From an uncultured archaeon (lineage in GTDB: Archaea > Asgardarchaeota > Thorarchaeia > Thorarchaeales > Thorarchaeaceae): a DNA stretch of 64,000 nt. This document shows, piece after piece, positions 37,829-47,596 of this stretch (positions are counted from its first letter, which is position 1; every line of letters begins with the position of its first letter). The stretch spans positions 32,001 to 96,000 of the forward strand of contig CAZLEV010000003.1 of NCBI GenBank assembly GCA_964558645.1. The letters are read 5' to 3'. Under the pieces are notes generated by a model that was not told where the DNA came from, searched no databases, and was given only the letters and a program-made list of their open reading frames with translations. The position numbers were made by a program, and so were the translations under genes.

Positions 37829-38962
37829 TTACTTGCGTCTGCCTATGATCTCGACGAAGGTATCGATCTCATCCGTGGTGTTGTAGAAGCTCGGGGAGAT
37901 TCTCAGCCTCCCGTGTCTGGCTGAACAGAACACACGCTGTTTTCGGAGTTCAACCTCGACTTGCTCTGCTCCGTCATATTCACAGGAGACTATAGGTGAG
38001 CAGTTCTCCTGATCGAAATCATAGTACTCAAGCCCGACTTCATCGAGCCGCTGCTTCAGGTAGGCTGCATTGTTGAGGGCTGTACTCTCCCTCACCTCAT
38101 CTTGCAGAGTCTGCAATATGTCCAACGCCTTTCTGAAGCCCGCATAGGCTACAAGTGGCGGAGATCCTCCCTCGAGCATACCCGCATCATCCCTGAATTC
38201 TCTGGAACCATAGGTGAAGTCCCGATGGTTCTTGACACTGTGCCATCCGATGAACCTGGGCTGTAAGATTTCTCTAACTTTAGGGCTCACATAGGCATAG
38301 CCGGCGCCAATCGGTCCACAGATCCACTTCGTGGCCTGGCCTGCGGCGAAATCCACATCCTGGTCAACCAGGTTGAAGTCTGCCCATCCAGCAGACTGGA
38401 TGATATCAGCTACAAGAAATCCATCGAACTCATGCACTGCATCAGCCAGTGCCTTCAGATTGCTTCTGTATCCCGAGCCGAACTGAACATGACTGATAGC
38501 TACGATTCTTGTGTTTTCATCGATGACTCGAGCAAAGTCCTCGAAGAGCGCTGCTCCGTTCACTGACTCCACAACTCGAAGCTCAACACCGTAGAGTTTC
38601 TCAATGTTTTGCCATGGTAGAAAATTCGATGGAAATTCCAAGTCGCATATGACGATATTTGCTTCGTCTGAGTAAGATATGGCGTGACCGAAAGAATTCA
38701 TTCCAATGGATGTGCTTGGCACGAATGCATAATCCGATGGTTCTCCACCCAGAAGCTTAGAGAGACTCGCCTTCACATCGCTGTAGAGTGAGTCTGTGTC
38801 GGTATAACCCCACTTTCCCTCGCTACGCTTCACCATGTACTCGTTCATCGCTTCAACGACTGGTTGCGAAGGAACGCCTGTAGATGCAGTATTGAGATAG
38901 AGCATAGACTTCATAGATGGCCAATATTTTTCGATTAATGAATAATCCAGTCTTGGGAGCAT
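37829..38962 (-). CDS. Class V PLP-dependent enzyme (cysteine desulfurase/kynureninase-like fold)
   Basis: YLNTASTG, DLEFPSN, SHVQFGSG, DIIQSAG, ATKWICGP, LRISPSFYN; start at ATG 38962. Confidence 0.9.
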   Translation of the reverse strand: MLPRLDYSLIEKYWPSMKSMLYLNTASTGVPSQPVVEAMNEYMVKRSEGKWGYTDTDSLYSDVKASLSKLLGGEPSDYAFVPSTSIGMNSFGHAISYSDEANIVICDLEFPSNFLPWQNIEKLYGVELRVVESVNGAALFEDFARVIDENTRIVAISHVQFGSGYRSNLKALADAVHEFDGFLVADIIQSAGWADFNLVDQDVDFAAGQATKWICGPIGAGYAYVSPKVREILQPRFIGWHSVKNHRDFTYGSREFRDDAGMLEGGSPPLVAYAGFRKALDILQTLQDEVRESTALNNAAYLKQRLDEVGLEYYDFDQENCSPIVSCEYDGAEQVEVELRKQRVFCSARHGRLRISPSFYNTTDEIDTFVEIIGRRK

Positions 38963-39191
38963 GAAAAAGGCGGATAATTCGTCACTGATAAATGCAACGA
39001 ATGTGAAAGAACGATAAAGCCTTTTTCTCTTGGTATCATGGCCGAAAGACCATATGGTTTGGCCCGTCCTTTGCACAATGGCAGCAGTAGTTGGAATATG
39101 GAGTTGAACTCACTTGATTGGGATTTCTTCTTCAAATAGAAAGACTTTTAGTGAATCAAAATCCGGAAGTGAATCTCGGGGATGGTTACTA

Positions 39192-40157
39192 ATGGTCGGC
39201 CTCTCAAAAAATGCACGAACACTGGAGGACAACTTGCCTCTCTCACTCGATTTCATTGCGGATAGCAAGCTTAGAGAGCTATCTGGTCTGGAAGATCCCG
39301 AATATTCACGGGCGAAGCAGGAGCTTGTTGACGCTGGTTTTGCCAAGATTGGAAGAGGCCGAGGTGGTCCGATTAGGCGGATGGGGACTCCAAGACAGAA
39401 GGTTCTCTCGAAGCTTCCCAAGGATGGCTCATTTGTTTCCAATGACAAAATCTACGAATCGCTTGGGATGTCTCCAGAGGAGTTCTATGCTGTTCAAGCC
39501 AAACTCGTCAATGAGGGAAAGGTCGTGGTTGGGAGAGGTCGTTACGGAAGGACAGCTCTAGTTGTTGATGACTCTCCTGTTGAAGATGACGAACACTACA
39601 ACAACGGTCTGGGAGCAACAAGTGATGAGGAGCTCCATGAAGAAGTGAAGCGATACTTCGATAGGAAATTAAAACCTAACTACGAGCCCTCACCTCCAAA
39701 TCTCTATATCTCAAAGATCACGGCACAGTCAAGGACGGGGCGGCGAGCCCCCCTCATTCCTGATATTTCGATTCTAACTATCATGAAATACGACTTTGTT
39801 CCGGGTACGCATCTTGAGGTTATCACTGCTGATGTGTGGAAGCATAACACACTTGTTCTGGAAGCAGTCTATGAGACCAAGGCCAACAGCATATACAGTC
39901 ACCGACCCTATCTAGTCTTCGAATGGATAAAGGATGTCGACTTCGAGAGAAGCGGACGAGACGCAAGAAACATCCTATCGGAGGCCAAGAGTCTAGGTGT
40001 TGGGCTGATAGAGATGAAGCCCGCTGATGATGACAAATGGGAGTTCCGCACAATACTCGGCCCACAACTCCATCATCCTGAATTAGGAGAGCTGAACTCG
40101 TTCATAGACTTGCGTTTCAGAGATGATCATGCACGGATCCGTGGAGCAATCGGGTAG
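39192..40157 (+). CDS. Tandem winged-helix (GRGRxG) + PD-(D/E)XK-like nuclease-fold protein
   Basis: Two ~60-aa repeats ending GRGRGG / GRGRYG; C-terminal DEELH..IPDI..ADVWK..AVYE..HRPYLV..GVGLI. Confidence 0.65.
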   Translation: MVGLSKNARTLEDNLPLSLDFIADSKLRELSGLEDPEYSRAKQELVDAGFAKIGRGRGGPIRRMGTPRQKVLSKLPKDGSFVSNDKIYESLGMSPEEFYAVQAKLVNEGKVVVGRGRYGRTALVVDDSPVEDDEHYNNGLGATSDEELHEEVKRYFDRKLKPNYEPSPPNLYISKITAQSRTGRRAPLIPDISILTIMKYDFVPGTHLEVITADVWKHNTLVLEAVYETKANSIYSHRPYLVFEWIKDVDFERSGRDARNILSEAKSLGVGLIEMKPADDDKWEFRTILGPQLHHPELGELNSFIDLRFRDDHARIRGAIG

Positions 40158-40353
40158 AGAGTCCACCTTACCTTGTTTTGTGGCTCCGATATTGGGACTA
40201 TGCAATTCCATGCCTCCCTGATCCAGAGATGCATGTCTATTCGTCAGCTCAAATGGAAGCATGTTCTGCGCTTGTCGAAAAAAGCCCATTTTTCTTGAGT
40301 TCCGAATAATAACTGTAATATACTGCAATCTCTTTTCGGTATAGCACACATCC

Positions 40354-41574
40354 ATGGACAAGCCGATATTCGGGAGTAGAATATCTTTGAAATTCAATGA
40401 ATATCCAAGAGAATTTTTTCTTTTGGTCATCTCAACATTGGCAATCTTTCTTGCATACAACATCACTCTACCAATTCTGCCTCTTCATCTCTTGCTTCTA
40501 GGCGCAGGGTCTCTTGAGATTGGGGCTATCATGGGAACTCTATCATTTGTCCTTACCTTCACCAAGCTACCATCAGGAATCCTTGCACAAAGATCCACGA
40601 TGCAGAGGGCCCTTGCCTTTTCGGCAACTGGGCAAGCTATAACTCAGATTCTCTACTCCGTATGTACTGCTTCGAACTGCTTCATATTTGCTCAGATTTT
40701 TCATGCAATAACCTTAGCCCCGTTGGTGTCTGTGGGTATCGCATCTTCTCAGAAGATGGCGCCGGACGGTAGAAGGGGAGAAGCAATGGGTTTCTATTTG
40801 TGTGCCTACGGAATAGCGGCAACAGTCGGTCCAGTCATCTGTTCACTGTTGCTCCTTTGGATGAATTATGCACAGATATTCCTCATTTCCTCTGCTATAC
40901 CTTTACTGGGTGTTCTTCCATTTCTGTTCGTGAAGGGGTCTGTTCACTTGGGTATTGATGAAACAGGCTCTGAACGGAACGTGATTAAAGAGCTAGGCCT
41001 ACTAGTACGCTCTAGGAATGTGAATCTCGTTAGTTTTCTTCGTTTTCTCTATGCTACAACTTTCGGGTTTTTTGGTGCATTCTTCGTAATACACGCAGAG
41101 GTAAATCTTCTATTTCTTCCATCTGCGATAACGCTTATGCTTGCCGCGATGGGCGCAGCCGATTTAATTGCTCGGTTTCCTCTGGGGCGCATGCTTGACA
41201 GGATTGACTACAGGTGGGCCCTTGTGGGTTCGTATGCAATACTTGGGTTCCTCTACTATGTGCTATCAGAGATTCAAGCTCCCTTTGAGCTGACAGCTAT
41301 CCTCTTTCTGACTGGACTGGCAACAGGTGTAAGGGTCACCTCAGAATGGGTAATGCTGGCAGATAACTCTCCCGAGGGTGCCCGCTCGATGACGTCTGGC
41401 TATATGTCAACAATAGACAATATCGGCAGAGGGTTCGGTGCCACGCTCGGTGGATATATCGTGATGGCCTCCTCGATATCTCTAGGCTTCAAGCTAGCGG
41501 GAGCAATAATGTTTGTAGCCGCACTAGTATCTACGCAAGTAGGCGGTTCAGTCGATCCTGCCGTCCGTGAATAG
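40354..41574 (+). CDS. MFS transporter
   Basis: ~12 TM helices, KLPSGIL and GRMLDRID loop motifs, RRGEAMG. Confidence 0.92.
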   Translation: MDKPIFGSRISLKFNEYPREFFLLVISTLAIFLAYNITLPILPLHLLLLGAGSLEIGAIMGTLSFVLTFTKLPSGILAQRSTMQRALAFSATGQAITQILYSVCTASNCFIFAQIFHAITLAPLVSVGIASSQKMAPDGRRGEAMGFYLCAYGIAATVGPVICSLLLLWMNYAQIFLISSAIPLLGVLPFLFVKGSVHLGIDETGSERNVIKELGLLVRSRNVNLVSFLRFLYATTFGFFGAFFVIHAEVNLLFLPSAITLMLAAMGAADLIARFPLGRMLDRIDYRWALVGSYAILGFLYYVLSEIQAPFELTAILFLTGLATGVRVTSEWVMLADNSPEGARSMTSGYMSTIDNIGRGFGATLGGYIVMASSISLGFKLAGAIMFVAALVSTQVGGSVDPAVRE

Positions 41575-41669
41575 TCCGGCTGGTGACCCCAGTGATCTTT
41601 CCCGCTCGGTAGAGCGGAGGAATACTTGCTGCTGCTATTCAGCATCTGTTTGAAAACTGTTTACGAAGC

Positions 41670-41714
41670 AAAAAAAATTGGGGGATGTGAAGGTCTACCC
41701 ATCCTTCACATCCC
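41670..41714 (-). terminator. Intrinsic-type terminator of the PLP/CysK/M24/cupin operon
   Basis: Perfect 12-bp stem gggatgtgaagg / ccttcacatccc followed on the minus strand by a T8 tract. Confidence 0.75.
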
Positions 41715-41774
41715 GAGGAGGTCGTTTTCGACTCTTGGAGGTATAGGAGGTCTCAGAGTCAGAGTCCGTGGTTG

Positions 41775-42176
41775 TTAGGGGTATTTCCCCTTCTTCAAGA
41801 TTGTAACCATTCTGCCCGTACCTTTGATTACTCTTTGAGAATGAGGTATTTCCTTCGGAATGAATACCGTCACGGGAGCGGTCACAATGTATTTTTCGTC
41901 TTCGAGCGTAATTTCAGCCTGTAGAGGACTATCATTTCCCGGTTCATCGAGGAATATGAAGACCTGATCCACATCATGAGTATGCAGTTCCACATAGTCC
42001 GGCATGTCCTCGGGAACATTATCTATGTGGCGTGTTGTGACTCTGATTCCGGCGCCTTCATAGTGAATGTCATCAAGCAACACATAGGACTGCCCTGTCT
42101 TGTTCATGACAGAGCTATCATGATGTTTAATCTCCTCGCTAGGCCGAGGTTTTAGAATGGTATTCTCGTACTTCAT
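41775..42176 (-). CDS. Cupin-fold metalloprotein
   Basis: HTHDVDQVFIF and VFIPKEIPHS motifs. Confidence 0.85.
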   Translation of the reverse strand: MKYENTILKPRPSEEIKHHDSSVMNKTGQSYVLLDDIHYEGAGIRVTTRHIDNVPEDMPDYVELHTHDVDQVFIFLDEPGNDSPLQAEITLEDEKYIVTAPVTVFIPKEIPHSQRVIKGTGRMVTILKKGKYP

Positions 42177-42188
42177 GGGTGCACATCC

Positions 42189-43346
42189 TTACAGTTCTAG
42201 TCCACGATGGAGATTTGGTGTGAATATCTCATGGCCGTCTGAAGTAACATGAACAACATCCTCAACGTTGAATCCAGCAACTCCAGTCCAATAATACGGG
42301 ACTTCTATAGAGAGTACCATGTTCTCTTCGAGTTCGATGTGATTGTTGGGGTTGACCAGAGGCTCTTCCTCCGTGATGAGACCGAGACCGTGACCAAGAT
42401 GAGACCTCTCAAATTCAGGATAACCCATCTCTCGGACTGTTTCGATTCCGGTCTTGAAGAGGTCTGAGAACTTGACGCCTGGCTCTATCATATCGACAAT
42501 GCGCCTCTCTGCCTCAGCGAGAGCGCTGTATACTTTCACAATCTTCTCGGATGGTTCTCCCAGCACACGACAGCGAGCGAAATCACAGCGGTATCCATAG
42601 TATATAGCCCCACCGTCGAATCTCATGACATCACCTTTCTTTAACTTGTGGTCGAGAGGCCATCCGCGTCTAACCGTTGCAGACTCTTTGCCGATAGTTA
42701 GATTCTGATGAATTAGACCCTTGTGCATGAATCCTCCCTGTTTGGTGATTTCGAGCTGAAATGCCCCTAAGAAATCTGCTTCTGTCGCACCTTCCTTCGC
42801 AACTGCGAATGCAGCTTCGAATCCTTTCTCAGAGATTTCGCAGGCTCTCTTTATCCTGTCGACTTCTTCCTTGATTTTGACTGCTCTGATGTCTAGGAAG
42901 GTCTTGGAGGCATCGTGGAACTTCACGTCCGGAAGTTTGTCCACAATCTTTCTGAAGTCAACAATAGGCAAGGTCTTCTCCTCAATCCCGATAGTTGCCT
43001 TGGTGAGCCCTTTCTCTTTAAGAACATCTTCGAGTGCTACCACAGTGTTGTCGTAGACATCTATCTCATCCTCATTTTCCCTTTTGAAGTACGCCCAAGT
43101 CTTGGTGAATCTCTGGTCCTTGATGGGAGAAACGACTTTGGCGAGGTCTGCGTCCAAGGCAGTAACGCACAAGACTGGATCTCCATCAAGAGGAATCAGA
43201 ACGAACTGTCCAAAACCGCTCGAGAAACCCCTGAAGCGGTCTATGAACGGAATGTATAGATCTCCTGCGTAGAAGAAGTTCTCGGGAGAGGAAGCAAGGA
43301 GAGCATCCAGCTTCCGCTCCTTCATTATTTTCTTTGCTCTCTTCAT
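42189..43346 (-). CDS. M24 (Xaa-Pro peptidase/creatinase-like) hydrolase
   Basis: LDALLASSPEN; metal ligands D..GYRCD, GHGLG, SIE, VED present. Confidence 0.92.
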   Translation of the reverse strand: MKRAKKIMKERKLDALLASSPENFFYAGDLYIPFIDRFRGFSSGFGQFVLIPLDGDPVLCVTALDADLAKVVSPIKDQRFTKTWAYFKRENEDEIDVYDNTVVALEDVLKEKGLTKATIGIEEKTLPIVDFRKIVDKLPDVKFHDASKTFLDIRAVKIKEEVDRIKRACEISEKGFEAAFAVAKEGATEADFLGAFQLEITKQGGFMHKGLIHQNLTIGKESATVRRGWPLDHKLKKGDVMRFDGGAIYYGYRCDFARCRVLGEPSEKIVKVYSALAEAERRIVDMIEPGVKFSDLFKTGIETVREMGYPEFERSHLGHGLGLITEEEPLVNPNNHIELEENMVLSIEVPYYWTGVAGFNVEDVVHVTSDGHEIFTPNLHRGLEL

Positions 43347-43400
43347 GTTGATTGGCGTTTTCTACATCTCCTTTCATTTCATCATAATAACGAACAACAT

Positions 43401-44471
43401 CTAGACAACGTACTTATCGTTTGGATACTCATCCATGTACCTATCACGTCGATCGACAATGACCGTGACGACATTCTGGCCTTCGTCCAGATTCTCAGCA
43501 ACTTTCAGGGCTGCATGCACGTTTGCGCCAGAAGACATACCACAGTAGATACCCTCTTCCTTGCACAGCCTGTTGGCCATGTTCCTAGCATCGTCCTGAG
43601 TCACACCGAACCATTCATCTGGATACCCTCTCTTGTACATCTTCTCTACAATCGAGTCTTCTGTTACCCATTTCTCAAGTCCGAGCATCTCACATATCTT
43701 CATTCGGAGTGGTGGCCGTCCCATTGTTGTGCTATCCATGATGTCCGTACTGATATCTACCAGGCTGGTTCCTTCGTCAGGAACCACTCCAAAGGTATAC
43801 GGTTCAACACCATGATTCTTCAGTGCTGTTGCCACTCCCAAAAACGTGGCACCTGATCCCACCGATGCGCCCCATGCATCAATCTTACCCTCTAGTTGAG
43901 TGTGAATCTCTTCACCCATGGGGATCTGCCCTTCCCAGTTCGCATCATTGTAGATCTGGTCAACCCAGACGACATCAGGGTTGTCACGTTCCATCTCATA
44001 CATGTGGTACTTTCCGGCGATTATGACAGCGAACCTGCGTTCTTTGTCGGTTTCGAAGGCATCTAATACCTCATCGCACGGCAGTGGGCAGGGATAGTGA
44101 TTCGCACCGAAGGCAGAGCTGATTTTGAGTCTAGCGCTCATATTCTTGTCTCCGGAGTGTAGGAAATGAGCATAGGTGCAGAGTTTGATTTTGTAGCCCT
44201 TCATGGCACAGACAAAAGCCAGGGCTGGAGCTGTGTTTCCAGCGGATGCATCACAGACCGTCCCGCCCGGCTCGAGTTTCTTTCCGTTCCAGGTATCGCC
44301 CCTCTCTGCAGCTTCGATCATGGAGAGTGCCATTCTGTCCTTGTAGCTCCCACTGGGGTTGAGGTGTTCGAGTTTCACGAATACGTTTGCGGGAACATCC
44401 TTGCCGACTCTGTTTAGCTTAAGCAGAGGGGTATTCCCTATCACTTCTAGCATGCTTTCCTTATAGTCCAT
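43401..44471 (-). CDS. Cysteine synthase-like PLP enzyme (fold type II), divergent
   Basis: IGNTPL, KLEHLNPSGSYKDR, SAGNT, GSGAT, GMSSGAN; start ATG 44471 after GGTGA RBS. Confidence 0.9.
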   Translation of the reverse strand: MDYKESMLEVIGNTPLLKLNRVGKDVPANVFVKLEHLNPSGSYKDRMALSMIEAAERGDTWNGKKLEPGGTVCDASAGNTAPALAFVCAMKGYKIKLCTYAHFLHSGDKNMSARLKISSAFGANHYPCPLPCDEVLDAFETDKERRFAVIIAGKYHMYEMERDNPDVVWVDQIYNDANWEGQIPMGEEIHTQLEGKIDAWGASVGSGATFLGVATALKNHGVEPYTFGVVPDEGTSLVDISTDIMDSTTMGRPPLRMKICEMLGLEKWVTEDSIVEKMYKRGYPDEWFGVTQDDARNMANRLCKEEGIYCGMSSGANVHAALKVAENLDEGQNVVTVIVDRRDRYMDEYPNDKYVV

Positions 44472-44503
44472 TTTTGTGGTCACCTTCTCAGGTTATTGTT
44501 CAC

Positions 44504-45967
44504 CTACTTCTCTATCTCGCTAGCCCACTTCGCAATGGTTTCAAGCGTCTTCACGAGTCCCCTTACACAGAGCTCAACAACATCTGGAATCAGTTTACCT
44601 TCCGAATCTAGGTTGCCTTGGCCCATGACCAAGAACAGATTTCCGTCATAGCATAGTGGAGGTCGGATCCCTAGCTGCGGGGTTCCTTTCTGTATCAGAT
44701 TGCTGGCTGCGTACATGTCCTCTATACTGAATATTGGCATTCCCCACTTGTCTCCCTTCCAAGTGTCGGCGTAGTTGATTTCTACAGCCATTCCGTTTAC
44801 AGTAGGAGTTATCCTCCAGCCATTCTGCTGTATGAGATCAGATTCAGAGGTCGTGGCTTTGATGATCTTGTGCATGGTTGCAACATTTTCTCTCATCATG
44901 TCTTCTTTCGCGAGAAGGTTTTCAAGCGCAACGACAACTCCAGCCAGTGCCTCCTTCCCGGGGTCCGCCATAACATGTGCCGCTTTTCCATACGAGGATG
45001 CTGTGCCTTCACGTGCTCCATGAACTCCCATTGCCTTGCGTACAGGGACCATAACGTCTTCCTTTCCGAGAATAAGGCCGCACGTGGGACCTCCTGCTGC
45101 TTTGTCCATGCTGTACATCATTATGTCTGCGCCGTTCTGCCTGGGATCAATTCCTAAGAATGGAGTTCCTCTTGCGTTGTCGCAGATGTAGGGTACATCA
45201 TACTTGTTTGCGAGGCCACCGATGAGTTTCTGAAGCTTTGGTGTTCCATCCTTGTCCTTAATGTCGTATCCGTAACCAATCGTGTCATAGCCAAGTGACG
45301 TGAATGCTGCAAGCCTGTCAATATGCCTCTCCGCAACGGTCTGCATCCTTTCAGCTGACGCCTCAGGGTCAACTTCTGTGAGTATTGGTACAGGATGGTA
45401 CTTGATACCGTGAGCAGGGTAACGAGCTCCTTCGAGAGGGACAATAAGGGTATCGAGATTGGACAACCTCTTTCCCGAGAGTCCGAGCTCTCCTGATGTG
45501 ACTCCTCGGTCACTGAAGAGTTCTTTGTACTTGGGTGGAAACGGACGGCCATATCCTCCCTGATGATGCAAGTGTCTCTCGTAGGGCGCAATATATGCTG
45601 ACCTATAGGCGTCACCTCTGCCTAGAGTGGGTGGCGTTACAAGAGCCTCAAATGATACCCAAAGAGCCGCTTCGGCTGTACTCACTACAGTGGCATCATA
45701 GTCGTCCCCATATACATCCTTGACCATATCACGCACTCTATCGATATAGGTGACAAGCGAGATTACTTCCTTGCTGGCGTTATGCATCGCATCGAGAATA
45801 TTATCAGCGATGGTGGGTGGTGTTCCAGATCCCCCACCCATACCGATTCTACCATACTTATCCTTTGGAACCTTGACCTCGTCTGACTGTGCCTTTATAT
45901 CAGACATGATTTCCGACTTGTGTTTTTCAAGATACTGATACATCCTGAACTTATTATTATCTGACAT
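44504..45967 (-). CDS. Uncharacterised fold-type I PLP enzyme, SelA/DgaE-like
   Basis: VPYICDNA, GADIMMYSMDK..GGPTCGLILGK resemble SelA-family GADLVxFSGDK..GGP..GII.GK. Confidence 0.7.
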   Translation of the reverse strand: MSDNNKFRMYQYLEKHKSEIMSDIKAQSDEVKVPKDKYGRIGMGGGSGTPPTIADNILDAMHNASKEVISLVTYIDRVRDMVKDVYGDDYDATVVSTAEAALWVSFEALVTPPTLGRGDAYRSAYIAPYERHLHHQGGYGRPFPPKYKELFSDRGVTSGELGLSGKRLSNLDTLIVPLEGARYPAHGIKYHPVPILTEVDPEASAERMQTVAERHIDRLAAFTSLGYDTIGYGYDIKDKDGTPKLQKLIGGLANKYDVPYICDNARGTPFLGIDPRQNGADIMMYSMDKAAGGPTCGLILGKEDVMVPVRKAMGVHGAREGTASSYGKAAHVMADPGKEALAGVVVALENLLAKEDMMRENVATMHKIIKATTSESDLIQQNGWRITPTVNGMAVEINYADTWKGDKWGMPIFSIEDMYAASNLIQKGTPQLGIRPPLCYDGNLFLVMGQGNLDSEGKLIPDVVELCVRGLVKTLETIAKWASEIEK

Positions 45968-46319
45968 ATTTTGAAATACGATGCTTCTCCCTAATATATT
46001 CTCTGATATTCCCCCGTCCGCGACGGATATTCAATGAAAAATCCGTAACTTGGCTGACGACAGAAACACAGTTCTTTCGTTCTCTTGTTGAATTATCGGA
46101 GACACGACTTCTCCTTTCACTTCAGAAGATGCCTTCAATCGGCCATCCGGGGGCCGTTTCTGGGATGCTTCGCTTGGAGGTTTTTCACTTGATATGTACT
46201 TGACCACAGGAAGAGGCATTGAAGTGGTCGCAAATACCGGTTTTTATATGAAGGTTTATTTTCCCGATATTCGGAATATTCGCTCGGGTTTACAATAATC
46301 GTGAGAGTCATGATGTTCT

Positions 46320-47528
46320 ATGATGAGTGAGAAAGGCTATCCATCAGAGTTCTATGTCCTGATCGCTACCTCAGTAACAGTCTTCCTTGCTGTTGAAACA
46401 ACCCGTCCGATTCTCCCGTTGCACGTCACGGCGATTGGAGCATCTCCTGTTGAGCTGGGCCTCATCATAGGATTGCTCTCGTTTGGATTGATGATTGCGA
46501 AGATTCCACTGGGTGCGTTTTCGGAAGCAGTTCCTGCTAAGAATATATTGGGTATAGCGGCAGTGGGCCAGAGCGTAGTTCAATGGATGTATTCGATCGC
46601 ATCGACTACAGAGGCCTTCTACGCTATACAGATCATTCATGCCATCATCATCGCACCGGTGGTACCTGTTGCAGTGGCTGTATCTCAGAATCTTGCTCCT
46701 CGCGGCCGCGAGAGTGAAACCATGGGGGCATTCTTAACATCATACGGAATCGCTTCGATGGCCGGCAGTTTCCTTTGTTCATTTCTTCTCACCATAATGG
46801 ACTATGCTCAGATATTCCAAGTGGCAGCGATTGTCCCTCTATTAGGCCTAGTACTTTTGATCATCGCCCGAAACGGCGAGTACTTGAGGGAGCCAACAGG
46901 TGGAGAAGAGCGTCCGGGTCTTGCTTCTTCTATGACTAATATACTGAGGTCGAGAGATATGCTGTTGCTCTCTTATCTCCGTCTAGCCTACGCGATCACC
47001 TATGCATTCTTCATTACCTTCTTCATCATCTACGCAGAGAACTCTCTCCTGATTCCAGCTGCTCTCGTAGCGTTGCTCTTTGGTGTGAGGAGTGCAACAG
47101 ATATGGCGGTGAGACTTCCGGTTGGGAAGATGTTGAACAAGACAGACTACAAGTGGTGTATTGTTGTAGCGTTTCTGTCACTCTCCGCAATATACTACCT
47201 TATCTCTGAGATGACGGATTACATAGTGTTGGCAGTGTTGATGGCCGTGTTTGGTATAATGATCGGCCTCCGCGTTGTTTCCGAATACACCATGCTTGCT
47301 GAGCATTCGGAGCCGGGGGCTAGGAGTGTGTCAGCAGCCTACTTATCTACAATGTTCAATATTGGTTCAGGGTTTGGATCTGTAGCTGCAGGAATTCTAG
47401 CAACCATTCTTGGTATTCCATCCATCTTCAAGATAGCAGCAGTATTGATGGTCACAGCCGCGATTGCAGCTCTTGCAATCACTAGTGATGCTAAGCAAGC
47501 AGATGTTCTCCACCCAGGATCGAACTAA
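46320..47528 (+). CDS. MFS transporter (paralog of 40354-41574)
   Basis: ~12 TM helices; shared motifs YP.EF..L, PILPLH, Q..AP.GR..E.MG, YAQIF, AY.ST..NIG.GFG. Confidence 0.92.
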   Translation: MMSEKGYPSEFYVLIATSVTVFLAVETTRPILPLHVTAIGASPVELGLIIGLLSFGLMIAKIPLGAFSEAVPAKNILGIAAVGQSVVQWMYSIASTTEAFYAIQIIHAIIIAPVVPVAVAVSQNLAPRGRESETMGAFLTSYGIASMAGSFLCSFLLTIMDYAQIFQVAAIVPLLGLVLLIIARNGEYLREPTGGEERPGLASSMTNILRSRDMLLLSYLRLAYAITYAFFITFFIIYAENSLLIPAALVALLFGVRSATDMAVRLPVGKMLNKTDYKWCIVVAFLSLSAIYYLISEMTDYIVLAVLMAVFGIMIGLRVVSEYTMLAEHSEPGARSVSAAYLSTMFNIGSGFGSVAAGILATILGIPSIFKIAAVLMVTAAIAALAITSDAKQADVLHPGSN

Positions 47529-47596
47529 GAGTCGCCATGCCGCTTAATTCGAAAACAACAAATAACTAACAGTCGCCCGTTTCTGTCGGGATATTA

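Noticed and set aside
44504-45967. Calling this gene selA
   Set aside because: Only the PLP-lysine region resembles SelA; there is no Sec machinery context, so it is left as SelA-like
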